In this document: in pieces, positions 23,543 through 37,605 of the stretch
How the letters are laid out: every line of letters begins with the position of its first letter
Numbering within the stretch: the stretch's first letter is position 1
Origin: Catajapyx aquilonaris
Taxonomy: Eukaryota
NCBI GenBank assembly: GCA_000934665.2
Contig: KZ538133.1
Span: 62,001 to 126,000 of the forward strand
Direction: 5' to 3'
Length of the DNA stretch: 64,000 nt
Made by a program: the position numbers and the translations under genes
The notes under the pieces: model-generated
Databases searched by the model: none
What the model was told of the DNA's origin: nothing
The model's input: the letters and a program-made list of their open reading frames with translations, nothing else

Positions 23543-26500
23543 GTAAATATAGGAACTCATACTATTTTAAAGCTGCCCACATATAATGTTGCAATTAGTA
23601 CATCAACCAATTTGATAATTAGTCTGGGATGATTATTATGGAGTCTATGTTTCTGGTAACTGTTCAAACAAACCATTGATTCTAATAATAAAACCGGTTG
23701 CCTCTAAGCCCCGCCTTTTGATACACATGGAGCGTATGATACAAGATACGTATAGTGTCATGATATGCTCCACATTTACCCTATATGTCAGCCTTGAATA
23801 AAAAGAATGGAGATACTTTCTTAAGAATGACGTGCACATAGCTCAGATCGCGTGAGCACAAATCTGGCTCGGGATAAGATCCACTTTGTCTACGAGATGT
23901 ATTTATCGCTCGTTCTCGTCGACAACTCGAGAGTTGTTCCAAAATAGGCTCATCTTGTGCATCACGCGACCAGACTCGCTTTAAAACGTCTCGACGATAC
24001 TCTTTTTTTAACATACAAGGTGTAAGTCTTCCCACTGTTCATTGCCTATAGCAATCACTTTTAATGGCCCTGAATAAATTTGTGGTTAGACAACAAATGG
24101 CCTGCACTTTCCCCTTACTCTACTCTGATAACAACATTCTGCACGCTAATATCAGTTACTCCAAATATTAGGTACAGGTGAGTTAGAGAAAAGGTTACTA
24201 AGATGGGAAAAATGCATTTTGAAATATTGTGTCTTATATAAGCAATATGCTAATGTTGTAATTTTGTTGTGAAACTTCAAGGCAGTTTCGATTTTCCCAA
24301 GATATGCAGGTATCCTATATCCATGATCCGAAAAAATTTCCCATTATGATGAACATTATGCATAATCCAGCAAACTTTGATCTGCACGGGCCTGACTTGC
24401 GCGTCTGCCAAAAATGGCTCCGGGTCACGTGCTTCCGGGCGGGAAAATCTCTAGGGTCTTTGTCCCCCTCCTTTGGCAGACTAATGGCCCATTTTCCCCA
24501 CTCTCCAAAAATTCGATCCCCCGACCAACCGACCCTGCGAGCCTGGTGAATTCAAGGGATGGACAGCTGCGTGCATTCATTCTCCATAAATGCAGTATTT
24601 ATGCTCATCCCATTATTTGCCATTGTTGCTGAATCTGCTGGCCTAAGCTCAAATGCCAAAAAAATTTGGGGGGCAAACTCATTGATGAATAATTCGCGTG
24701 TTTCAATTTCTGCATGGATAATGAGTTTAGGGTACAATGTGTGTCAAAATACATCGCTATATACTGGTATTGTGCGGTCATAGCAGCATTTAAAAAGATA
24801 TATTGGACGGCTAATGGTCACTTCATAAATAGTGCCATTGAGATGCGTCTTCAGAAAGCTTATATAAAGGCCCATTCATTATGGTAATGCTGTTAATGTC
24901 ACGAATGTGAAGCAATGTTAGTGAAAACTAATGCCCTTGATATCATTTCGGCCTAATGGATATGTTTGGACAAAAAAAAAGGATGCATATCCCACATTAA
25001 TAACCTTATGCATTATGACAATTCAATGCCATACAAAAATTGCGCAAACTCTCCTAAAAGTATGTGCAACAGGCGCACCATACATCATATTTCTGAGGAC
25101 TGCCTACATATGAACACCAACAGGTCAGAATTTGTCACACGTACTCCTCTGTGTTCGTGGCTTCTACACTGATACTTAAATAGTACAACGGTCTCACAAG
25201 TACACAGCACACGAGCTTAAGCTAAATGAGAGAAGATATGAATCAGTAATAGTTCACCCTTTTTTAACTAGTGAGAATGCTGAGCCTGCTCTACAGTACA
25301 TTCCTTAAATATATCATTGTGCAAAATTGTCTTATGGATCACGTAGAAAAGTGGTTGTGGCATAATAAAATTGAACAATAAATTCATAATGGAATTGTCG
25401 GTATGCTAATCATCAATGCTTTGATCAATGCCTACCAATACAAAGGAAATAAGAAATGTGTGGACATGCTTCTACTGGTACTAATTTTTAGGTAGGTGTA
25501 TATCCGCTATTGCATTCAGTTCCTAATCCTAGTCGATTGTACCCCAGTAGCTAGTGAATGCGCGTGCGGGAATGAGTCTGTAATGCAATGAGAGAACCAA
25601 TAAACTTTTAGGGAATGAAGCATTGGATACAGGAAGACACCAGATAGGTGGTAATTAGCTACAGTACATGGCTACACTAAGTCTAATTTGAAATTCACAG
25701 AGTATTATCCTGCTGCTGTGTCGCAAAAAGGGTCGTTGTCACCTCCAATTCCGTTTATGTACCATGTGCATAATGAGCATATGGTTATATGCTATAAGTT
25801 CATTCGAGCGTAATACTGTATAATACATGAGCATATATAAATTGGGGTGGGATATATACGTATAGCTGAGTTGGTTTTCCCCTCCATCGATTTGGGCTCG
25901 GGTTTGTGTTCTCCCCCTAGTCTAGTGGATGGGTTTGGGGGACGGCCAGGGTTAGGGTTGCCATGGGGGACCCATCATGCACTGGGGTAAGGGTGTCTGG
26001 ACCCCCAAATTGCTCAGCTGGATTGGGGGAACCAAGAACAGGCTTAGGAAGGAGACCGAAAAGAGAAGCAAGGCTGCAGCATTGGAACCTTTCGAAAAAC
26101 CTGATTCTGATGTTTGGAAATACAGAACATTGGAGGGATGCACTCGCATAATATTAGGTTATTATGAAGGGTGCTCTTACTGTTGATATCAATATGCTAA
26201 TGGTTAAGGTGATTCACACTTACAGTTACGTATATCATCATATGCTGGGCAAGTGTATGGATGCTCTTTTCATTTGCATATATTGGCGTGCAATCAATAT
26301 TTTGCTCTGCATTGGTACAAAATCAGCTTGTAAATGGCTGAACCTACTAAAAATTCCTATATGAGCACCTGGACCGAAATGTTAGATTCCCCCCCTTTTC
26401 ATGTTCAAAAAACTATTAAAAGGATGTATCCGAAAACGATGCTGAACAAAGAGCTCCTCTTGCTCTTTTTTATCCGGGACAGCTTAAGACCAGCATATCC

Positions 26501-27327
26501 CACACAGAAATCCCGGAGAAGCACTTTTATTCTTGGACGCCTCTCGTATCCTGTGCTTTTATGCCTCTCTTCGCTCCCCTTCCTCTGGATCAAAGTGAGA
26601 ATTACACCGTGCTTGTTGGTCCTAACAAAACAAGAAGAAAAAGTGGCTTGCTGCGAGGAAAATGAAGACTGCAAAAATCCGGTTGCAGATATAGTTTTTC
26701 TGTAATATGCATATGAATATGCTTTCAAGTGTTTCTGCCAAATTAATTTGGCTGACTGTGAGTTCACACAACTTATTAGGGGTCATCGCAACAAGTGTAG
26801 CTCATTACCCGCTCAACGAAGGTTATGTGTTCACAATGGTATGTACAGTACCTTAAAACACAGGTTATGTTCTGGCCTATCATGTACAGGCCGAACTGTA
26901 CTTACGACAACATGTCTGCAGTATGTATATAATCACATAAGTCTTCAGGCTGACCCAATATGACCTGCTATACTGTACGTATACAGCAAATGCAGAACAA
27001 AAGAAATGGGAGAAATATACTACGGATGAAAAAATGCTTTGTGCGCCTTCCGCCCCTGGCAAAAACCCTATCATAATTCGTTTAAATGGAATGGATGGCC
27101 ACAGTATACTGCGAGGTATACTGTCTCGTACTGAATTTTTGACCTAATTTTTTCCAGGATTAATCTACATACACCGCTGAAAATATCATCACAAAACAGG
27201 TCGTACATCAAACGTTATATTAGAGCCTTTTCATTCTTTAATACTTGTTAATTTTTATGATGTTTCAGATGCACAACAGGCTCGGTCATCTTTGACCTCT
27301 GCAAGTATACCAAATCTACAGAACATA

Positions 27328-27375
27328 CAGGGTGAATCACATTCAATCATTGTCAGTCAATTCTGAAACACCATG
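27328..27375. mobile_element. Degenerate CAGGGTG-terminus mini-MITE
   Basis: TA-CAGGGTGAATCA...TGAAACACCATG has 9/12 matching inverted termini and the same terminus type as 16848-16877. Confidence 0.35.
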
Positions 27376-29973
27376 TGTATTTATATTGCCATAGATTAGA
27401 CGTCTATCCAGTTTTTGACTGCCCCTTCCCCAAAGGCCCTCTAACATAATACCTCAGCAGCCATGTTTGACCTCTCTCCCGCCGCTAATTTTCATACAAA
27501 ATATTATATGCGACCCCTATGGTGTCAAGCATGCTTCATCTAAACCTAATATTAGTTCAGCCCCACAGCAAATTAATGCACGTGCCTCACCTTACGTTTT
27601 ATAATGCACACGTGGTGCTTCATTGACGCGAAATTAATATGGTTGGAACAAAGGCCAACAGAGGCAAAGAGGGCTGGTTCTGGCGGGAAAGCTGGAAAAA
27701 TCACTGGAAGCGCCTTGCGGACAGTGCTGCCTCATAGCGGATCCCATTCACACTCGCACAACCCTAGTCTTCGCACTTAGGGAAAAAAAAACTTTTGGAA
27801 AAAAAATATATCTCATTACGACCATTAACATTTATGAACATTTTACACGCCACACTTATCGCCTAGAATGCATGTAGGCTACGGTTATTTCACGTTTAAT
27901 GTGACTTTCGCACGTGCCGGGTAATTGTTACTAGTAGAAGGCATACATGGCTTCATCATTTACCAAACGGATGGTGCTGCGTGGGATCGATGGTTCTCTC
28001 TCGGCATGCGTTGGTTGAACAATTTTGTAGACATAATATTATGCTTTAGTAGTGGTCCAAAAGTGCGTTTTTGGTTACAGAGTGTTTGAAGACCTGATTT
28101 ACAGAGTGATCAGTGATAAATTTTGATTCGAATTGAGTTATGCAGTGTGATTTTACAATGTTTGATTATGGATGGTCAAATCAACTTCATAATACAGATT
28201 GTACCCATAGAGAAATGTTTGGAATGTTCGGGATAAGCAGTATTCAAACTATCATATCTCGAAATCATTCGTTCATTGGCCAGGAGTCGTCTTGTTTACT
28301 TCCTGCACACAAGGCCAAAGGTTACTGCACTTGCTAAAGACGGTCTTTTGGTCTAGTATAATAGTCGAGGTCTATACCGACATTGGCTAGGAGCCAAGAA
28401 TAGTCTGGGCGCCAGCTTTTTTGTTGGGGCAATGAGAAGTTGCAATCGTTTACTGCGCCATGATTGCAGTTCATATGCCCAATCATTGATCACTGGGAAT
28501 GTTCGCACGTATTTAATCAGTAATCCGAGGGCTGCATATACAGTGACAAATAGCAGCGATTACGAAAGATATGAACGGAAATAGGACTATTGCAATCACC
28601 CAGACCCATTTTGATCATTGTGGTGTTATTAACTCGTAGATTAACGTGTTCATACCAATTGCACGCAAACTGTAATAGTGACTAATAACGTGCTACAGTA
28701 CGTTTGTTAGTCGCTACTGCTGAAAGACATGAAGGATTTCATGTCAATTCATGATGATTCCTTGAAATCCCAAGTTGTGTCACATTTGTATTAAAATTTC
28801 AAGTGTATTAAAGTTTTTAACTTTTCTTGAAATTCCGTTTTTATCATCCCCATTTAATGCTTAATTTTATTTAAACACATTCCACTCTCTTCTGCCTCTT
28901 ATTTCTAACCGAAAAATGTAGCAAATCTTGACGCATACCATTCAAAGGGATTTTCATGATGAAAACCCAAGCCCCACTTGAGGCATTAGTAAGGGGCTTA
29001 AAATACTTGGTAGAAAGCTGAAATTTAGTATGAACAAAAAAATACCGAAATTACAAAATATCCTAAAACTTACCAGCACTGATTCTTTCATTTCAGGGAA
29101 GATTTTACATTGTAGTTCAACCTCAGAAAATCAAACTATAATTCAATGTGTTGTGCATAAATATTATCGACAACTTAAAATGTTTTAAAGTAACCAAAAT
29201 TAGCATTATTAAATACAAAATCACCTGCAAAATTCTCGCCAAATATTCTGCCCATTTCCGCCTTAAACATCCAGCCGTAGTCATATTCCGAGGCAATAGA
29301 TCATAATGATCCTTAATGTATCTGTAAATTTCTTTTTAGTCAGCAACAATGCGTCATTTCCACTCAGCATGAAAAATATTCCCAGCTACTTCCTTTTTTT
29401 TTACCTTGGGAGTATGCAAAAGTTTTTCCTTCCCGCCTTCCGACTTTTGGTGGGAACATTAATTTTGAAAAACGACTTGGAAAGTTTTTTTCGGCGTATG
29501 TTTTTTTTTTTTCTTCTCTTCCCACACAAATATCGATGTCGGTCGTTGGCCTGGAAACGCCAAATTTTTCTCCATCAAAAGAGGGGGGGGGGGGGGGGGN
29601 AAAATGAACAAAAATGTCCCCCAAAAGAGCTCACAAAAGCTGGACCTGTAATTAAAACTCCCCCCAATTAATGCATTTATGTAAACTAATTACCGCCATG
29701 AAAATAATGAAGGGTGAACACGTCGATTTAATTACTCACGAAAAACGGACGTGATTTGGATCAAGATGTTTTTTAAAAAAAACGTGAGCAAAAAGTAAAA
29801 TACACGTAAATAAAAAAAAGTGACTGAAAGCAAGAACTTCCTGTTCAAAAAGGTCAGTGAATTTGAAACTTTAGCCTAAAAGTTGTATCCAGTTAAAATT
29901 GTATGATGACGTTGACGTGTCGTATTGGAGGAAGCAAACTGTCAACCAATACCAGATAAGTAACAAGTATAGT

Positions 29974-30046
29974 GTCGGCTATCCTTATATCCTCGGGTTT
30001 TGTATCCGCGAATTCAACCAACCGCGGATCAAAAATATTCGAAAAA
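29974..30046. mobile_element. Tigger/pogo (MER2-like) terminal fragment
   Basis: GTCGGCTATCC..ATCCTCGGGTTTTGTATCCGCGAATTCAACCAACCGCGGATCAAAAATATTCGAAAAA closely resembles the reverse complement of the MER2/Tigger-type 3' end as I recall it (not database-checked). It contains an ATCCGCG/CGCGGAT inverted pair. Confidence 0.6.
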
Positions 30047-31126
30047 GCGAAAAAAAAAAGCGTTTTCTAGTCTGTTTAAAAAAATGGTAACGCCTTTGGC
30101 AAATCATTAGAAATGTTTCTGAGATTACTCCGAAAGTGATGCCGCAAAATTGAAATTCCAAAAAGTCCGTTTAGGTTACCCCCAGAATATCATGTCGAGA
30201 AACTTTCGTATGAGAGTCTTCGCAAAATTGGATTTTTGAGACTTTCAAATAATAAATTTGCCTATTAAGATATGGATATCTAAAATACTATAGGCCAAAT
30301 GTGATATTATTTGCGTCACATGTGCCTCATACGTGAAATGTGTCACATCATGTAGTTTCACCCCAGAAGCCATCAAAGTAGGTGTATAATGATATGCAAT
30401 AATGCGATGAACCCTGTCTCCAAATTTTTTCAGAAGTATTAACAATACCATTGGTTCATAAATATGCATGGCGATGGTACATTATTATTTTGGAAGCCAC
30501 GGGTTGAGCTGGGAGTGCAGAAAATGAGATTGGGGAGTTACCATTATGAAGGAGAGGAAAAGTAGTCTAAGGCACGCGATACACTCTCCTCCAACAGCCC
30601 TCCTCCCGTCAACCCTCCCCAATACAACAAAAAATAAATGAGAAAGATCACGTGATGTCTCGATGGAGATGGATGAGACAATTAATACATAAGTGCTTGT
30701 CATATACACCGTCATGTATGTACTATAGTAAACCTACCTCTACTCTACAAGCTATACCTTCAGAGGCTGTAGGTAGAGGCAAGTAAGTTAAAAATGTACC
30801 AGCTACAACTGAGGTTACATGGACTTGCTCAAAATATGCTGAGTGAATCCAACACTTAAGTTAATTTGAGTGAAAAAATGTAGGCTCAGAAAGTAGGGTA
30901 ATTACAAGGAATATTGGGTCGTCATTTGGGCGAGTTAATCTTCTGGTTTAGCTGGAGTGGTATCAAAGTGCCGTATGTTGTAGATAGTATATACTTGGCC
31001 GCGGTTTAACCTACCCCGCAGATGTGATGCAGATCTAAACGAGCAATATCCGCCGATGTAGATGACAAGTGAGAGTCCACGACATCCCATTTAGAGGTGA
31101 CATAATGCGGCTTCGGGCTTACGTTT

Positions 31127-31140
31127 CTGCCATCTGTTGG
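31127..31140 (-). promoter_or_regulatory. CTCF-like binding site
   Basis: The minus strand reads CCAACAGATGGCAG, one mismatch to the core, with GCAAT 6 bp upstream. Confidence 0.4.
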
Positions 31141-34100
31141 CACACGATTGCTTTTTGGAAAACCGCGTGATCGCCTAAAACAGCCCCTTTAGAAATGAGT
31201 GTAATTAATTAACGGCTAGATTGCTAATGTCTTCCTGATGAGGAAATGGGAGGGAAAGGTAGGGTCTTCGACCTTATCTAGGATATCATAGATCGATTCA
31301 AAGCCTGCGGGAATGCGTTTATTTAAAGCGGGGATGGGTCTGTGTCGCCAATCAAAACATGCCATCTATTTGCCATAACTGGCGCCGACTTTTCAGAGTC
31401 AATATTGATCGATATGGGGAAGCTTCCAAATTTGCCGCCGGAAAATTTCATTTCCCGCGCAAATCATTCCACACCCACAAAAAATGAGGGCCAAAGAAAA
31501 TCTTTTGGTTACTTGGAAGGTATCCCACAAACACCAAAAAAAATCATCCATATGTAACAAACCACGATCCAATTGGCCAATATGACGAAGTTTGTTTTGA
31601 AAGTTGTATGCAGGTCCTGCTTTTCATTTGAATTCAATATTATTTATTATAATAACAATTACAAATAAATGATGAAATAATTAATTTCCTCTGCGATCTT
31701 CTTTAGACGGTACTTCATAATTCTACCGGTCTTTTGATCACGACATGGACTTTGTGGAGCTAGTCCACATCATAACAGGCTGTAAATCAGATCTGAATAT
31801 CCAAGTCTTTAGAAGGTTGGGCTTAAATGCAGCTTGATAAACGACTCATCGATTGCTCTCCACGTTTCCAACCACCGCATGCCCCCATGAAAATCATCGT
31901 ATTGTCTAAAACCTCCATGCAATTGAGCCGAATAATAACCATGTCCCCAAAGAGTACGACTCCTCCGGTTTCATCCGGAGAAAGACCATCCCTAGAAGAA
32001 AGGATAGACCGGATTTGATTAGTCTCCTTTTGGTGTGTTTGAATCCTCTGTGAATGGGCTGCTAATCACATGTTGTGTGACTCAACAAGACGCTAATCAA
32101 GTCCTCCTTTTCAGTCAGACCCGCCATGCAAGTCAAATGGAAAGACAGACACTTTGCCGTCTCCTAGCGAAACACCTCCGCTTTTCAAGGACCTCCAGAC
32201 CCCCCCCCCCCCTTAATTAAGCCCAGGCATCTCTCGCCTTTCAACCCTAAACACGCCCTCATAAACTTCTCGCCTCTCTAGCACCAGCCCATGCCAATTC
32301 CAGCCTTCCTCTACAATCCCTAGTGCACTTAGACACTGTATTACACTCTCAGGTTTCTCAGCCATCTGCTTTGAAAGGACCCGTGCCCACGACGCGGCAA
32401 TGACTGGGCTTATAGAAGGGACCAAACTCTCAAAGTTGGACGGATGAAAACCCATGACGTAATATTGCTCAACTCGCAGTGCTCGTTTTCACAATGAGAC
32501 CATCCACATTGTGCCTTATCTTCACTCTTAACCATTTACCTTATAAATTACCTTCTATGTGCAAAATACCTTCTAAATCCGGAAGGTAAGGAGTAAATTT
32601 TTGAGCACTAAAAGGCAGCTACAACGAACTGTCTCTTTGTTGGCGACTGTACACCAAAATGACAAAGTTGAATTGCCAAGTGTCCCCCTGCGGAAGCTTG
32701 CAGTAGGTGATGCTACATATTTAGACCCTTTGCAAAGTTTCAGTGCCTTCCAGGGGTATAACCACTCAGATACTAGAGCTGGGGCGGATTGCATTAGGCA
32801 TGGTTTACATTTTCCGGCATTTGGTTTATGAAGAAGTCATGATTAGATTTAGCTCCTTTGCAACTCACTTATCTCCTGCTTCCATGCTCGCTTCGGTCGG
32901 TTTAAAAAAATGGCTCCCCTAAGGCTTGCTTCCGGTAAATTGCCGACATCGGCCGTTTTTGGACTCACCACTATGGAGATAATTTTTGGACATGTTCCAG
33001 GCTGAAAATTAAGGCGGTAAAAAATTCTGAGCTTCAGGAGCCTCTAGCTATGAGCGCTAGTCAGCTTGAATGACTAAATTTTATTTCATAGATCTTGCTG
33101 GTGAACAGTTCGCTTATATTAGTGTAAGTTGCCAAAAAAGTTTGAGAAGCACTTCTTTATGCACTATTGGTGCAAGTTACAGAGTTTGACAGAATTCTAA
33201 CAATGCACTTTCGACTATTGTGTCTGAAGGAGCCTTGACCTGGACCATTTCCAATAAAGTTTACCAGTACGATGAAAATTTGGTTTGAATAAACGTAACC
33301 CTGGAGCTAGAAACATTTTCAATCAAGCTCTTGACCTTCCCCAGATTGAATGAGCCTAAGTTTATCTTACCCTGCAGTCATAGACCGTACATTACCCGAC
33401 CGTACACCATAAGATACATTGTGGCTTCAAACATGCTGCCAAGCCGCATCCTGGTTCATTAATCCTAAAAACCCAACTTTTCGCCTTCTCTTTGGTCTGT
33501 ATTCCTCGCATTATGAGCCTCTCGAGAACTATTTGTAAGCGTAGTCAACTTCCGGCCTGGGTTGACATCGCATGCCAGTAATAAAAGAGCAGAAGTAATA
33601 TTTTATAGCCGCATTTGAGCCCGAACGCTGTCATTTCGGACCATTTTTGCAAAGGTAATCCCCTTGTAATTGTTCCATACAGGACATTATTCCAATAAAA
33701 TAACGAATACCGTACATTGGTCGAGGTAATTTGCCCTACATACATTGTGCAGCTTATAGTCCTACTATATGCACTATAGTCCGTCCAATAGTGTCGCCTG
33801 GTGGGAGGGGACATATCGTGCGGCTGTCACACCAATTCCTATGATCTATAAAGCCATTACGTGTCATTAAGGGCTATAAAATCGGACACATTACACGAGG
33901 CCCACCGATGCATATTTTTCCAAGTCATCTCAATGGGAATTAGGGATTTTTTTTTTCAATATTGTTGTATAGATTATTTTGCGCTCGTTTGGTGTTTTAT
34001 TGGATGAGGTGAGGGTGGATTTTGTAGAAAATTCCAACAGATTATATCCCGAAGGCAATATCGATCTGTTACACCACAAATCCCTTTTTCCTTTCCTTGG

Positions 34101-34399
34101 CGTGTCTTTTTTCAGCCCAAGATCGATGCTAATTATCTTTACATCCACTTTCCTTTGGACACTAATAAGAAGAGCAGACACGTGGTAGAGTTAAGGTTGG
34201 GGTAAATGAAGAAAAGAGAGAGGGGGTAGGAAATTACGGATAAAAAATAAAAAAAAACTAGAAAAAATTAACGCTGCTTGATAGGATTATCCTGGATTAA
34301 CTGCCTCGTGTGTACACTTCCCCAGAGATTAAGCGCGATAAAGCCCACGCGCCACCAGCGGGCCCCCATGTTTAATGAACCCTAAATTTTCGGCACTTT

Positions 34400-34650
34400 T
34401 CGGCAGTTACAGGCTATGACGTCACTATCACCGCCGCACTGTCAGAATCTACCGGGAGACCAATAATTCTTTTGTGCCAACTGTCAGACCGAGTATATAT
34501 AACGGTCCAAGCGAGGCGGTTGAAAAATGGTGGACGGGAAGGTCGTAGTCCCCCGGATGACAACTCGTGACGTAAGGGATCCGACGTTGCCAAATGAACT
34601 TGGGATCGACCTTCTTGGGACCGGAAATTGATTTGGCGGAGGGTCGACGG
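34400..34650. promoter_or_regulatory. Promoter-like island with a TATA element
   Basis: TATATATAA (34494-34502) is readable on either strand. It is flanked by TGACGTCA (about 34417), TGACGTAA (about 34568), CCGGAA (34621) and high CpG density. Confidence 0.35.
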
Positions 34651-36131
34651 GTTCAACACGATTCCCCAATTTCAGGCAAAGGAGAAAGTGGAAGGAACGG
34701 CTTTTCGCACACTTTCGGCTTTCACAATCGCCTTCATACCCTTCTTTTCTTTCCGTCTTTTTCATCCGCAAAATTGAAGCGATTTATCTCAGTCGACGCA
34801 AATTTATCCCCCGCAAAATCGAACTATTGATCCCTTCCCACTGCAAATAAGAATGGTCAAATAAATTAGGACAAAATAGCCTGGAGAGTCCTAAACAAGA
34901 CGGTGATATATTTTGTAAGATACTATCAACGTGGGTACCTGACAGGACAAAAATGGTGTAACCCACTTCGTTTATGACGGGCGGGGCTCAGTTCCGGCGA
35001 CTTCCAAAAATTACATTGCATTACTAAAAAAATAATAACGCACTGACAAAAGTGCGATAACACTTCCTGAAAAAAAATATTACGACAGCTTGGACCGTTA
35101 TTGTCCTAAAAATGCCACTTTCTATAGTAACTTTTCTAGAAAAATGATATGGCCGGTTCCCAACTAAAGTTGAAAATATATTCGACACCGGTCCAATAAA
35201 ATGAAAACTTTTTCCCCAAACTAAATTCACAGAACTTCCGAACCTGAAATCACTACCTCCCTAGTATTCCCTCGATAAGACCAGTAAGAATCCGTTTGAT
35301 CCTCACCGCCCCGTATTTCCCACGTCACTGTCACAATCGAGGGGAAGGCTCCAGAATCGAGTCCATCATCATCAGCATCCGAAGCAATGCTCTTCTCCTC
35401 CCTTCTCCACCATCTAGCTATAGACCATCTCATCAATCACCATTCCAACCACCCACAAAAAAAAAAGGTTAGAAGAAGGTGTGAGATAGAGAAAAAGATG
35501 TTCCCTCATCATTTCCACCAAATGTCTTCTCTTCTTCATCTTCCGGTTGGCAGCATCCAATCGCAAACCCCACCCCTAAAAACAAGGTGCCAGGTGAAGC
35601 TGGCCCGAAATTTATCACCGCGAAAAGTGTCCCACAAATTCTCCACAGCAATTTGTCGCACGGCTTGACTCCTTCAATTCCATCCGCGCTGTTCCAACAG
35701 TCAGCTGCAAATTCGCCGCAATGCAAATTGAGATAAGTGTGGCGACACTGTATCATTCCGGAATCTTGTGTGTTTTAAAGAGTTCTAACCATGGATGTGT
35801 AAATATCCGAGGGAGATGTCAAAATTGGGCAGAATTTTTCAAACGCTTCATGTTGGACGATTGCGTCTCAGGTATATGAAAAAATATTTGTAAAACGTCT
35901 CAAAAGAATCATCTAGAGTTCAACCAATCACACGACAGCACTGATCCTACTATGTAATAAACAGGGCTTGTCGGAGGGAGCAGGGATAATCCCTGTGGAT
36001 AATTAGAGCGGTCCTGAATGAGGTTATTTAATTACACATGGCCAGATATGGTTTGTGGCTTTTAGTATCAAGGTATAATGTTTACTATGTGACAGTCAAG
36101 TAGATGATCTGGACATCACCACAATGCATTA

Positions 36132-36200
36132 CAGTGAAACCTGTATGTTGGACACTGAAAGTTCCAAGGAAATTATTGTCCAACTTCACAGGTTTCACTG
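36132..36200. mobile_element. 69-bp pogo/Tc1-type MITE
   Basis: TA-CAGTGAAACCTGTATGTTGGACA...TGTCCAACTTCACAGGTTTCACTG-TA has about 23-bp TIRs, of which the outer 13 bp are perfect, and TA on both sides. Confidence 0.85.
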
Positions 36201-37583
36201 TACTTTCTCACTGCTGCACTCTGACTTTTCTAACTAGAATTACAACTAGCCTTAGCTCACGTTATTAGAAGACTTAGGGGGCTGTAATTTCAGAGCAGTT
36301 AAGTGACACCGTTCGGCTTGAAAATATGCTTGAAACTTTCAATGGCTCCTTGAAAGTTTCTAGATGGGTCGCACTGCAGGCACTTTTTTATTCACTTTTT
36401 TTGTAATACTACGAACAAAAAGTTGCGGAGGAGGGTGGTGTACTTACAAATACCTCATTTTCTGCCGCTAAATTACGATGAGGTGGGAGCAACCACACCT
36501 CTGGCCAGAGGCAAAGGCGAAATAAAGCGGGGTCTCAGCAAAAGGGGGAAACAAAAAAAGGGTACAATGAACTGTTACACACCTTGTTAGGACTCCGATA
36601 GCGCATTCCATTTGAGCATACTGGTCAAAAGCACTGTATTCAAATTATCGGGATCTGTGCACAAAGTTATCCGCATTCGAATAATGTAACATTCCAACTT
36701 GAGTTCATGGCGCGTGCTTAAATGAACCCGAACATAATTGTCCTTCACAATGATATACAGATTCTAATGCACCGCCACCAAAACACGCCTTCCATTCCAG
36801 CAATATATGTTTGACTTCGCCTAAGTAGGTAACGTACTGTATAATATAGAAACGCTTACAATGCAAGTCACATCTACAACAAACACAGATTAAACCTAAA
36901 CGGATTACGCTCTTAAATGAACAAAGCTGGGCTCGTCTGCATAATGAGATCTTAAGAAACGGGTTACAAGTGCGATATCAAAATTATATGGCCACACAAA
37001 ATGCGGCTGGCAAAGTGCACTAGTTCACTGTTTGCATAAGAGCAGGGAAATTGGAATGAAGAGACGCCAAGGGGAAATGAGGCGGGTGTGTCCCCAAACT
37101 GCTAATTATGCTTTGTGGATCAGTTAATTTACAGTATGCTAAATTGTAGCAAATGATTGAGAAATAATTAACTGTCGCCAAACTGCTCCAACTCCTTCCT
37201 ACTGTTAGTTCATAAGCCCATAATCTCATTGCGACCCCCTCCGCGGTTGGGATAAACCCTTATTGCACCAAGTTCCTCCAATTGTTTCCCTAGCCACAGT
37301 CCCCCCCTTTATGTCATTTAATACCATCCATTCCTTGTATGCATTAACACAAAATAAGCAGGCTCGCTCGAAATATTCGAAAAATGTGACCGAAGCGATT
37401 GAAAGAGGCGCCACAAGCACCGCCGATGGTGATGGTGGTGGATGGAGTAGAGGCATGGTGCGCCCTCGCGCGTGGTTGTGCTGAAAAGGGGCAGGCACGT
37501 GTCGCACTCGGCGCCATCATTGATCAGCAGACTCTTTTGTGAGTGTTCCGGAAGGGAAATGGAGGATGCTTGTGGGCACGGCC

Positions 37584-37605
37584 GCCTGCCTGCCTGCCTG
37601 CCTGC
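37584..37605. repeat. (GCCT)5 microsatellite
   Basis: Read directly: gcctgcctgcctgcctgcctgc. Confidence 0.9.

Noticed and set aside
25948..25963. AGGGTTAGGGTT telomere-like or hAT-terminus-like motif
   Set aside because: There are only two units and no partner inverted end.
28955..29021. C/D-box snoRNA-like layout (ATGATGA...CTGA with an internal AAGCCCC/GGGGCTT stem)
   Set aside because: The terminal stem is very weak and I cannot identify an rRNA or snRNA guide complement. A snoscan or Rfam search would be needed.
30568..30578. Partial matches to conserved miRNAs (miR-124-like TAAGGCACGCG here, miR-71-like at 28721, miR-7-like near 44598, miR-100-like near 14073)
   Set aside because: Only 8-11 nt match, the 3' halves diverge, and I saw no supporting precursor hairpins.
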